Shown piece by piece: positions 26,471 through 38,730 of a stretch of 64,000 bases of DNA. Source of the DNA: Squalus acanthias (taxonomy: Eukaryota). The stretch spans positions 128,342,001 through 128,406,000 of the forward strand of contig CM059431.1 in NCBI GenBank assembly GCA_030390025.1, read 5' to 3'. Positions within the stretch are counted from its first letter, which is position 1; the number at the start of each line of letters is the position of its first letter. The position numbers were made by a program, and so were the translations under genes. Under the pieces are notes generated by a model that did no database searches, was not told where the DNA came from, and saw only the letters and a list, made by a program, of their open reading frames with translations.

Positions 26471-27719
26471 TTCGACCTAGGATTTATTCACCAATAATGA
26501 AGCAACATTACTAACAACAACCCTTTGTAAACTTTGAACAAGAAAGAGAGGTAAAAAATAGAATTGAGTTGCCTTGCAGCAAGTTTGGATGTCTAAATGC
26601 TAAGGGAACGACTGTATTTATCACCATGTTCATAATATTTTAAGAGACAATTTTGCTGCCCTACACCTGGACTCTAGTCCTGAACTCACCCGTATTTACG
26701 TCATTAAGCTAAGTCCAATGCACGCCAGGCGATGGTTCGTCCCTTAGTAGGGCTCTACGCCTGAAAATGCTGCCACTAGTACAGACCTGTGAGGCCTTCA
26801 GCAATGGTAATGGTCATCAGCTTTGAGGTTTTCTGCCTGATGATCAAGAAACATGAGCCAGAAGTCCTCTAGCATCAACCCCTGCCCTGCTGTGCCTGGA
26901 AGAGAAAAGAAATGACCTTTTCTGGCCCTCTGGTCTTTGTTTTCTGCCCTTCTGCGATCCAACCATGACTGAACTTTACTTGCACCGACTGCGGGTGTAA
27001 GCACTCTGCCCCCGACCTGCCTGGGGAAAGACAGAAATCTCCGCTGTTATGGGTCACCGACCCCTTTTCCTCTACTTTACACTTGGGAATTGTGCGTGCT
27101 TCAGATGAATTGGAGATGAAAATCAGTCACTTCTTGTCTGTCAACCAGTTTTACCATTCAGTGCTATAATTAAGTAGAGTCCATCTCCCTCTGTAAGTGA
27201 ACTATCTTTGTGTTCATCTTTGGAAGGATTCCTTTCCCTAGAAGTATAATCAAAATAATGTAAATTTTTGCTTATGTCTGAATAGATAGAAAATCATGAC
27301 AGGCATGCATGAATTTCCAATAAATTTACCTTAATATATATTAAGGACAGCCTCAGCAGTGCCTCACAAGAGCAGAGACAATGGGATTGAAACAATGATT
27401 TCTGATATTATTAAAGAACATGTTAATCTGTCCGTATGAGATTTATTTGTCTGCTATTTAACATAGGTATTAACTTATTTACCCTTAAACTGGTTAGCAC
27501 CTTTATTAAACTAGCAGGCAAAGGACCCTGCAGGCACTCTCTAGGATTGACACTTCACAATACACTGTTTGTATAGAATTAAACTGGAGCACCAACTGAC
27601 AGGACTATTGATCCAACAGAATATTTATGGACTTCTACCATCGAAGCCTGTGACATTTAAAAATTATTGATATTTTACTAAATCCCATGTAAATGTCAGG
27701 AAAAAATATTCCTAAGATG

Positions 27720-28110
27720 AAAAAAAGTAAGGGAGACTTGAATTTATATAGCGCCTTTTACAATCTCAGGATGTCTCAAAGTGCTTTACAGCCAATGAAG
27801 TAATTTTGAAGCGTAGTCACTGTAGTAATGTAGAAAACGCGGCAACCAAATTGCCCACAATAAAGTCCCATAAACGGCAATGTTCTAATGAACAGATAAT
27901 CTGTTTAGTGTTGTTCATTGAGGGATAAATATTGGCCAGGACACTAAGTATAGTGCCCTGCCTTTCTTCAATAGTGCTATGGGATCTTTTACAATCACCT
28001 TAGAGTGCAGACGGGGCTTCGGTTTAACGTCTTATGCAAAAGACAGAACCTCCGACAGTGTAGCACTCCCTTAGTACTGAACTGGAGTGCCAGCCTAGAT
28101 TGTGTGCTCT
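27720..28110 (-). mobile_element. Deu-domain SINE
   Basis: Reverse complement of the 21880 core; L2-like tail atttatatagcgcctt. Confidence 0.7.
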
Positions 28111-28384
28111 AGATTTCCACGACCCTTTGTGTGAAAAAGTGATTCCAGATTTCACTCCCAAATGGCCTAGCTCTAATTTTAATATGATGCCCCTTTGTTC
28201 TGGATTCCCCTACCAGAGGAAATAGTTTCTATGTATCTACCCTATAGATTCACTTAATGATTTTAAATCCCTCTTTTAGATCACCTCTCAACCTTCGAAA
28301 CTCAAGGCAAGTTTATGCAACCTGTCCTCATAAGTTAACCCTTTAAGCCTTTGTATCTGCAATGTAAACCTTCCAAGACCAATA

Positions 28385-28643
28385 TAGGAATCCCTCCCCA
28401 ACCGCGGGGGATACGTCCCTGAAAACCCTTGTGATTAGTAAAACCGTGGTTGGCAAATTCACTATAAACACAATAAAAAAGAATATAAATAGCATAAAGA
28501 TCATGTTTTTTACCTTATTCCTAAATTAAAAACCGCGGATACGCGAATTTCACTGCCGCGGTTGACAAAAATTGTCGCAGAGTGGAAACCGTGTATACAT
28601 GAAATCCGCGTCTGGCAAACCCATGGTTGGGGAGGGATCCCTG
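28385..28643. mobile_element. Tc1/mariner-pogo (Tigger-like) MITE inside a CR1 fragment
   Basis: TIRs taggaatccctccccaacc / ggttggggagggatccctg; TA on both sides. Confidence 0.75.
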
Positions 28644-28821
28644 TATATCTTCCCTGCAGTTCGGTGCCCAAAACTTAACGCAATACTCCAGATGGAGTCT
28701 GCCCAAGGCTCTGTACAACTAAAGTATCACGTTCTCACTTTTAAATTCTAATCCTTTTGAGACAAAAGCCAACATTCATTAGCTTTTTTGATTAGTTTTT
28801 GTACCGGTGCACTAGCTTTTA

Positions 28822-29135
28822 AAGAAAAAAGAAAGACTTGCATTTATATAGCGCCTTTCACGACCACCGGACATCTCAAAGTGCTTTACAGACAATGATG
28901 TACTTTTGAAGTGTAGTCACTGTTATAATGTGGGAAACGCAGCATCCAATTTGCATACAGCAAGCTCCCACAAACAGCAATGTGATACTGACCAGATAAT
29001 CTGTTTTTGTTATGTTGATTGAGGGATAAATATTGGCCAGGACACCGGGGATAACTCCCCTACTCTTCTTCGAAATAGTGCCATGGGATCTTTTCCGTCC
29101 ACCTGTGAGGGCAGACAGGGCCTCGGTTTAACAAC
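28822..29135 (-). mobile_element. Deu-domain SINE
   Basis: Highly similar to 27720-28110. Confidence 0.75.
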
Positions 29136-29569
29136 TGACACTGTAGTGATTTATGTACATGGACACCCAAATCACTTTGCTCCTCCACTGCTCCTAGTCT
29201 CTCATCATTAAGAAAATATTCCGATTTGTCTTTCTCTGATCCAAAGTGGATGACCTCACATTTCCCCATATTGAACTCCATCTGCCATCATTTTGCCAAG
29301 TCACTGGCTGGAATTTTTACCTTTGAGTCGGGTCGGGTGTGTGTGGGCTGCGGAGTGGGTCGCCATTACGAACGTTTAATCAGCGTGGTCTCCACTGTGC
29401 GTTTAACTGAATTAGATCAATTGAATGAGTCATTCGGGTTCCCCGCCAATTACCTGGACCGAGTCGGATGACGTCACCAATGATTCGCCTTCAGCTCAGA
29501 TATTTAAAGGAGCCTTGCACACATCCCAGTTGAAGGTTGTTGTAGGAGGCTCACAGGTGGTTCAGCAAG

Positions 29570-32500
29570 GAGGTGGTCACAGAGCTTTGCCACCTCCTGC
29601 AGCCAGAGCTCCAGCCTCAGATCAGGACCAGGACGTCTCTCTCAGTGGCAGTGAAGGTCACAGTCGCTCTCAATTTCTACGCTAGCGGCTCCTTCCAGGC
29701 TTCAACAGGGGATATTACAAACATCTCCCAGTTTGCTGTCCATTGCTGCATCCAGGAGGTGACAAACGTTCTGTACAGAAGGAGAAGGGAGTACATCTCA
29801 TTCCTCTTGACCAGAGAGAAACAGGATGAATGCGTATGTGGCTTTTCAAGGATAGCGGGCCTTCCCCATGGTTCATGGCGCCATTGACTGCACCCACATG
29901 GCATTGCGGGCACCTCATCACAATGCAGAGGTCTTCCGTAACCACAAAGACTACCACTCTCTGAACATTCAGTTGGTGTGTGACCACAGACAGCGCATCC
30001 TCGCCGTCAATTCCCACTATCCTGCCAGCAGCCACAATGCATGCTCGGAGACAAGGGTTATCCACTCACCACCTGGCTGATGACACCCCTCCGCAACCCC
30101 AAAACTCCTGCTCAGCACGCATACAATGACAGCCATAGTGCCACCAGGAACCTGATCGAACAGACTATCGGCGTGCTAAAGCAATGGTTCCGCTGCCTTG
30201 ACCACTCTGGAGGAGCCCTGCAGTACTCCCCAATCGAGTCTCCCATTTCATTGTTGTGTGCTGCATGCTATACAACCTGGCCATTCTGAGGGCCCAGCCA
30301 TTGCCACCAAGGATTGCAGGTCCACCTCAGTAGGAGGAAGAATGACAGGAGAAGGAGGAAGCGGAGGAGGAGGATGAAGAGGAGGAGGAGTAGCAGCAAC
30401 GTAGGGGGGAGCCACTCAATGTTGCTTCTGCAAGGGCCGTTCATGATCGTCTCATTAGACAGCGCTTCCAATAAATGAGACAGCACATGGTCTTTGTGCA
30501 GAACAGCCACATCATTACATCCAGCTCGCAGCCTCTATCACCAGGCAAAGGTCAAATGAGAAACATCACAAAATGTGCTACGTCGAATTAACTATTTATT
30601 ATTGTGCACAACTCTCTCTTATCAAACACAACCAATAATAAACAAACACAACAATTTATCAACAAACACAACTCTTTCTTAGCAAGCTGAACTATTTGTT
30701 ACCAAATTCAACAATATATTTACAAACACATCAAATTATTTACATACACTCCCCCCTATTTGCTAATACCGTATTATTTACTCACCCTTCCTCAATGATT
30801 TCCCTCCCTTTTGGAATTCTCCCATCCCAACTCTACTGCTCCTCCGTAATGTGGCCCCAGTAACTGCAGCAAGGCTGATGGAAGGCTGCTGAGTCTGGGA
30901 GCCAGAGACTGCAGATGGCCTTGCAGGACGCCCTTGACCAGCTCTGGGCCTGGAAGGCCCGGCTGCAGACTGCACAAACTCAGCATGGACGGCAGCAATC
31001 TGGGCTGGCTGGGTTACAGACTGTGGCAAGTGCAATGGTGGAGTGGTAGTGGTGGGAGCAGGAATGCTGCCATCCTGAGAGAGAAAAATGAGAAGTCGCA
31101 CAACACCAGGTTATAGTCCAACGGATTTATTTAAAATTACAAGCTTTCGGAGCTGTCGCCCCTTCCTCAGGTAGAGTTACTGTGAGACAATCTACCAGAA
31201 TTCACAGAATATAAACACAGAGAAAATGCGATTCAATCTTTCCTTACATCAAAGACACAGTAAGAGCACAGCCAAGACAATGAGATGTGTCCCAGGGGGT
31301 CCAACGAGTCAAAACACCTGCTGGCTGCATATCCTCTCCATTTGGGTTTGTTTCTTGTGTTTGTTTCTTGTGTTTGTTTTTTTAAAAAGCTGGAAAGACC
31401 GGCAACGATGTCAAGTCACGTTCTGTATCGTGACATGAACCCGATATCCCGATTGAGGCCGTCCTCATGAGTGCAATACTTGGCTATCAGTTTCTGCTCG
31501 ATGATTTTGCGTTGTCGTGTATCCCGAAGGCCGCCTTGGAGAACGCTAACCCGCAGATCCGAGGCTGAATGCCCTTGACTGCTGAAGTGTTCCTCGACTG
31601 GGAGGCAACACACCTGCCTGGCGATTGTTGCGCGGTGTCCGTTCATACATTGTCTCAGTGTCTGCATGGTCTCGCCGATGTACCATGCAGACACTGAGAC
31701 AACGTATGAACGGACACCGCACAACAATCGCCAGGCAGGAGGGTTGCCTCCCAGTCGGGGAACACTTCAGCAGTCAAGGGCATTCAGCCTCGGATCTGCG
31801 GGTTAGCGTTCTCCAAGGCGGCCTTCGGGATACACGACAACGCAAAATCATCGAGCAGAAACTGATAGCCAAGTTCCGCACTCATGAGGACGGCCTTAAT
31901 CGGGATATCGGGTTCATGTCACGATACAGAACATGACTTGACATCGTTGCCGGTCTTTCCAGCTTTTTAAAAAAACAAACACAAGAAACAAACACAAGAA
32001 ACAAACCCAAATGGAGAGGATATGCAGCCAGCAGGTGTTTTGACACGTTGGACCCCCTGGAACACATCCCATTGTCTTGGCTGTGTTCTTAGTGTGTCTT
32101 TGATGTAGGGAAAGATTGAATCGCATTTTCTCTGTGTTTATATTCTGTGAATTCTGGTAGATTGTCTCACAGTAACTCTACCTGAGGAAGGGGCGACAGC
32201 TCCGAAAGCTGTAATTTTAAATAAATCTGTTGGATTATAACCTGGTGTTGTGCGACTTCTCATTTTTGTCCACCCCAGTCCAACGCCGGCATCTCCACAT
32301 CATGACCATCCTGAGAGAGGACATCACCTTCCTGCTCGACCGACACACTGCCACTCCCCCGGGGCAGAACCACAGCATCCGGAGCAATCTGCTCGAGCAC
32401 AGATTGCTGACCTGCTGCGGCACCGTGCGATTCCCGGTGGACTGTGGGCGACCCAACGATGATGGCAGCAGTCAGCACTTGCGTGGCATCAATCTGAGAT

Positions 32501-33925
32501 TGCATGAGAGCAGTCTGAGATTGGATGCCAGCAACCACTGAATCCATTGCAGCAATAAGCCGTTGCATTGCTTCGGCCTGTGCTGAAATAGCTGCTGCCA
32601 CCTCACCCATGTCACGTGGCATGAGGTCTGGGTCACCCACATCAGACCCATTTCCTAGGCTCCCCTCCAGCGACCGCATAGCCCCATTATCGGATGTCTC
32701 GCACTCGGGAGACACAGGCAGTGAGGCTCTGGCTTGTTCTTCCTCCTCCTCTCCCGCGTCGCTGCCACCGGGAGGCTGAGGGACAGGCTGGTCAGATGGT
32801 GGCTGATTATCTGAAAGCAAAAAGGCATAAGAGTATGGGGAGGGGGGCAGGAAGGGAGCAAGGAATGGAGGCAGTATGCTTAGATGGAGAGTGGGAAGGG
32901 CTTGTGGTGTGAGGGGGAAGTGGTATGAGAGAGGAGGGAGAGGTGATGAACATACCATTGTTGTCCCCAAGGGGGTCGATGTCTCTGACTGCCACAGCAC
33001 CCACAACCTTGGCCATGATGATGCGCACTCACTCCTCCAGCTGTGTGAGGGGGTGCAACTCCGCCTGATCTCCTCCCGTGCGTTGCTGCTCCCTCCTGTT
33101 AGGAGCAAGTTGGCCTGCAAGAAAAATGGCAGCGTGTGAGTGAGTGTGCAGCCATGTGTTTGGCAGATGTGCCTACCATAGTTGAATAGCTGTTAATGTA
33201 TGCAAGGTGTGAGATGTGGATGTGACTTTTAGTAGGTGGGCATAGTTGGTGGGTGCGTGTTTTGGGGATTTGGCGGTTTATACCGTCTGTGCACAGAGTG
33301 AGGTTGAGATGGTGGGATGTAAAGGTTTCTGAAACATGTACTCACCCTGACCACCTGAGTGAGGTCATTGAACTTCTTGCGGCAATGGGTGGGAGTCCTG
33401 TGGACCAGGCTTCTGGCCGAGACGTACTGGGCGACCTCCCTCCACATCCTCCTGAAGTCCTGTGGCAATGGCCTCCTGCCAGAGTCCGGGAAGAGCACTG
33501 CCCGTCGGATTTCCACAGCCACGACCAGAGCCTCCAATGCCTGGTCACTGAACCGGCGAGCTCTCTCCCTGGGCCTCTGATCAGCCATGAGATCCTTCAA
33601 GGATGGTTTGCAGCTCCTTGCAGGCCCAGGTCACAAGCAGCAATGATCAGAGTGAGGCTGTGCAGCATGATTGAACCTACCCTTTAAGAACTGGAAGGCG
33701 CCAGTCTGTCTGAGGACTTGTAATTGACAACGCCGGAACTTGAGTAGTGCACTGAGGTAGCGCCCCGCTCCCCGACGTTAGTGCCCGAAGAGGAGTGTGT
33801 AGCGCTTGATTTAGCGCTCCACTTCCCTCTTGGGGCACTAAAACTGAATTTTGTGGTCGCCGGCGCTAAATAGCGCCGGGCACTAAAGTCAGCGCCTCAA
33901 AATGGTCGATACCGAATTTCCCCCC
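29570..33925 (+). mobile_element. Inner Harbinger, left end lost: transposase on + (29573-30475), Myb gene on - (33600-30778)
   Basis: [51 protein letters not shown]...CRKKFNDL; right end gataccgaatttccccc matches the TIR at 3571. Confidence 0.85.
31084..32305. mobile_element. Penelope-like element 3' end (GIY-YIG endonuclease C-terminus) as an inverted duplication
   Basis: WYIGET..TLRQRMNGHR...PVGEHF...EQKLI...GLN on both strands; 14-bp TSD ccatcctgagagag (31070-31083, 32306-32319). Confidence 0.92.
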
Positions 33926-35504
33926 AAAGAACCGTTAGTGGCCCTCCAATATACACGTATTGACGCCAGCAGAGGAGGAGGCGCTTGGAATGGCAGAGCT
34001 GCTGGTGGTGGGAGACGGAGAGAGGGGGACCTCCCAGCAACCTGGTGACAGAATTAAATATCCCACATGGAATACAACAGTTACTCATGGTGACTGATGT
34101 CAGCAGCCAGGGAAATATCATCATGTACATAATGGTAACGTTACATACTCTTATCCTAAGACTTCTAATTCATGTCATTACTCCCACAGGTCCATCAATT
34201 GCCCCCCCCCCCCCCACTGTCCAGCCGGAGGAGGAAGACGACTCCTCAGAAGAGGCTCCACTCACTGAGGGTGCACCGTCAGCAGACCCAAGTACAGCCA
34301 GCACCAGCGCAGATACGCGCACCTCGGTGGGTCCTGTGCGAGATAGAGTAGTGTTGTCACCCGCTGTCTCTCACATCACAAGTGAGCAAGAGCAGGTGGT
34401 GTTGACAGGGACAGCAGTGGCGAGTCCTCGCCAGAGGGTGCAGGATGCACCAAGCTCTGCTCAGCTGGATGCAGATGCTGAACCTCGGGGGCCATCGACA
34501 AAGAGGTTGATCTTGGAGGAGCAGCAACAAATGCGCGAGGCTCTGGCAGCTTTTCCAGCCGCGATGTACATGATTGTAGAGAAAATGGAGAGTCCATCGC
34601 CAACATGAGCACCACCATTTCGCAGGTGATGGCAACGATGTGCTGTTCCATGGAAAGGATAACCACTTACATGGAGCTGCAAATTGGCCACTCAAATGAG
34701 AACATGCTTGCTTTGAGCAACAGCTTGCAGACTCTCATTGACCTCATCTCTGGAAGGGATAGCAACGTAGACTTGGGTGTTCATGGCCCCACTGCTGTGC
34801 AGCAAGGTGCTGTCCAACTCCTTGCTAGCAGGGAAGTGCAGGTGGCCCTTGAAAGGGATGATGGTGAGAGGGAACATGGAAGTGGGAGCTCTGCTGAAAG
34901 CGCTCTCACTTCTCCCCCGTTGCCTCACCCACATTGAGAGCCCCACATGCTGCCTCAGATTCCGATGGCCGAGTCTGCCCCTTCACAGTTGCAGGAGGAG
35001 CCGTCTTTGGCGGGGCCCTCACAGGCTCCAAAACCCAGAGGACATCCGCCAAAAGTGTCTAAGCAGTCACAGCACCTCTGCTGAAGCCACAGGGGATGCA
35101 CCTTGTAGAAGCACTCGGAAAAGAAAAATGACGCAATCGTAGATGCACAAGTGTATGCACATGAGTGTATGAACAACTGTTAGTGTTCAGTTTCAGTTCT
35201 ATTTATGACACAGATAAAGTTATTTCTAAGCATCACTTTCTGTCTTGTCCATTTTTGCCTGCTACCTGGGAAGTGGCCTTGTCAGTTGGAGTGAAGTGAG
35301 ACATTACTTAACCTCGAGCAATGGGTGTGTGTGTGACAGGAATGGTTTGGTCATTTTAGGACTGCTTCGTAGTGTTAGTGGGGTGGGGGGAAGTTGGTAC
35401 AACATCTGGGAGTCATATGGGTGCACTGGTGCAAATTAACTAAATCGTGCCATTATGCGTCCATCCCGGGCCTCCCTGGCAGCAATGTGTGCCACTGCTG
35501 GTAC

Positions 35505-38500
35505 CATCTCCACCTCAGGTTCCACCTCCTCCTCCTCCTCGTGTTCCACCTGCTCCTCCTCCTCGTGTTCCACCTCCTCCTCCTCCTCGTGTTCCTCCTC
35601 CTCCTCCTCGTGTTCCACCTCCTCCTCCTCCTCGTGTTCCACCTCCTCCTCCTCGTGTTCCACCTCCTCCTCCTCGTGTTCCACCTCCTGCTCCTCGTTT
35701 TCCACCTGCTCCTCCTCCTCGTGTTCCACCTCCTCCTCCTCGTGTTCCTCCTCCTCCTCCTCCCCGTGTTCCACCTCCTCCTCCTCGTGTTCCACCTCCT
35801 CCTCTTCCTCGTGTTCCACCACCTCCTCCTCCTCGTGTTCCACCTCCTCCTCCTCCTCGTGTTCCACCACCTCCTCCTCCTCGTGTTCCACCTCCTCCTC
35901 CTCGTGTTCCACCTGCTCCTCCTCCTCGTGTTCCACCTCCTCCTCCTCCTCGTGTTCCACCTCCTCCTCCTCGTGTTCCACCTCCTCCTCCTCGTGTTCC
36001 TCCTCCTCCACCTCAGGTTCCACCTCCTCCTCCTCCTCGTGTTCCACCTGCTCCTCCTCCTCGTGTTCCACCTCCTCCTCCTCCCCGTGTTCCACCTCCT
36101 CCTCCTCCTCGTGTTCCACCTCCTCCTCCTCGTGTTCCACCTCCTCCTCCTCGTGTTCCTCCTCCTCCACCTCAGGTTCCACCTCCTCCTCCTCCTCGTG
36201 TTCCACCTGCTCCTCCTCCTCGTGTTCCACCTCCTCCTCCTCCCCGTGTTCCACCTCCTCCTCCTCCTCGTGTTCCACCTCCTCCTCCTCCTCGTGTTCC
36301 ACCACCTCCTCCTCCTCGTGTTCCACCTCCTCCTCCTCGTGTTCCACCTGCTCCTCCTCCTCGTGTTCCACCTCCTCCTCCTCCTCGTGTTCCACCTCCT
36401 CCTCCTCGTGTTCCACCTCCTCCTCCTCGTGTTCCTCCTCCTCCACCTCAGGTTCCACCTCCTCCTCCTCCTCGTGTTCCACCTGCTCCTCCTCCTCGTG
36501 TTCCACCTCCTCCTCCTCCCCGTGTTCCACCTCCTCCTCTTCCTCGTGTTCCACCACCTCCTCCTCCTCGTGTTCCACCTCCTCCTCCTCCTCGTGTTCC
36601 ACCACCTCCTCCTCCTCGTGTTCCACCTCCTCCTCCTCGTGTTCCACCTGCTCCTCCTCCTCGTGTTCCACCTCCTCCTCCTCCTCGTGTTCCACCTCCT
36701 CCTCCTCGTGTTCCACCTCCTCCTCCTCGTGTTCCTCCTCCTCCACCTCAGGTTCCACCTCCTCCTCCTCCTCGTGTTCCACCTGCTCCTCCTCCTCGTG
36801 TTCCACCTCCTCCTCCTCCCCGTGTTCCACCTCCTCCTCCTCCTCGTGTTCCACCTCCTCCTCCTCCCCGTGTTCCACCTCCTCCTCCTCCCCGTGTTCC
36901 ACCTCCTCCTCCTCCCCGTGTTCCACCTGCTCCTCCTCGTGTTCCTCATCCTCGTGTTCCACCTCCTCCTCCTCCTCGTGTTCCACCTGCTCCTCCTCCT
37001 CGTGTTCCACCTCCTCCTCCTCCTCGTGTTCCACCTCCTCCTCCTCGTGTTCCACCTCCTCCTCCTCGTGTTCCTCCTCCTCCACCTCAGGTTCCACCTC
37101 CTCCTCCTCCTCGTGTTCCACCTGCTCCTCCTCCTCGTGTTCCACCTCCTCCTCCTCCCCGTGTTCCACCTCCTCCTCCTCCCCGTGTTCCACCTGCTCC
37201 TCCTCGTGTTCCTCATCCTCGTGTTCCACCTCCTCCTCCTCCTCGTGTTCCACCTGCTCCTCCTCCTCGTGTTCCACCTCCTCCTCCTCCTCGTGTTCCA
37301 CCTCCTCCTCCTCGTGTTCCACCTCCTCCTCCTCGTGTTCCTCCTCCTCCACCTCAGGTTCCACCTCCTCCTCCTCCTCGTGTTCCACCTGCTCCTCCTC
37401 CTCGTGTTCCACCTCCTCCTCCTCCCCGTGTTCCACCTCCTCCTCCTCCCCGTGTTCCACCTGCTCCTCCTCGTGTTCCACCTCCTCCTCCTCGTGTTCC
37501 ACCTCCTCCTCATCCTCGTGTTCCACCTCCTCCTCCTCCTCGTTTTCCACCTGCTCCTCCTCCTCGTGTTCCACCTCCTCCTCCTCGTGTTCATCCTCCT
37601 CCTCCTCCCCGTGTTCCACCTCCTCATCCTCGTGTTCCACCTCCTCCTCCTCCTCGTGTTCCACCTCCTCCTCCTCCTCGTGTTCCACCTCCTCATCCTC
37701 GTGTTCCACCTCCTCCTCCTCCTCGTGTTCCACCTCCTCCTCCTCCTCGTGTTCCACCTCCTCCTCCTCGTGTTCCACCTCCTCCTCCTCGTGTTCCACC
37801 TCCTCCTCCTCGTGTTCCACCTCCTCCTCCTCGTGTTCCACCTGCTCCTCCTCCTCGTGTTCCACCTCCTCCTCCTCGTGTTCCACCTCCTCCTCCTCGT
37901 GTTCCACCTCCTCCTCCTCGTGTTCCACCTCCTCCTCCTCCTCGTTTTCCACCTGCTCCTCCTCCTCGTGTTCCACCTCCTCCTCCTCGTGTTCCACCTC
38001 CTCCTCTTCCCCGTGTTCCACCTCCTCCTCCTCGTGTTCCACCTCCTCCTCTTCCTCGTGTTCCACCTCCTCCTCTTCCCCGTGTTCCACCTCCTCCTCC
38101 TCGTGTTCCTCCTCCTCCTCCTCCTCGTGTTCCACCTCCTCCTCCTCCCCGTGTTCCACCTCCTCCTCTTCCTCGTGTTCCACCACCTCCTCCTCCTCGT
38201 GTTCCACCTCCTCCTCCTCGTGTTCCACCTCCTCCTCCTCCTCGTGTTCCACCTCCTCCTCCTCCTCGTGTTCCACCTCCTCCTCCTCCTCGTGTTCCAC
38301 CTCCTCCTCCTCCTCGTGTTCCACCTCCTCCTCCTCCTCGTGTTCCACCTGCTCCTCCTCCTCGTGTTCCACCTCTTCCTCCTCCTCGTGTTCCACCTCC
38401 TCCTCCTCCTCGTGTTCCACCTCTTCCTCCTCCTCGTGTTCCACCTCCTCCTCCTCGTGTTCCACCTCCTCCTCCTCGTGTTCCACCTCCTCCTCCTCGT

Positions 38501-38730
38501 GTTCCACCTCCTCCTCCTCGTGTTCCACCTGCTCCCCCTCCTCGTGTTCCACCTACTCCCCCTCCTCGTGTTCCACCTCCTCCCCCTCGTGTTCCTCCTC
38601 CTCCTCGTGTTCCACCTCCTCCTCCTTGTGTTCCACCTCCTCCTCCTCGTGTTCCACCTGCTCCCCCTCCTCGTGTTCCACCTCCTCCTCCTCGTGTTCC
38701 ACCTGCTCCTCCTCTTCCTCTTCCTGCTCC
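35505..38730. repeat. Minisatellite of mostly 18/21-bp units tcgtgttccacc(tcc)n
   Basis: Directly visible; unit lengths are multiples of 3; higher-order duplications. Confidence 0.98.

Noticed and set aside
35505..38730. CRISPR array
   Set aside because: No unique spacers, no cas genes, eukaryotic context.
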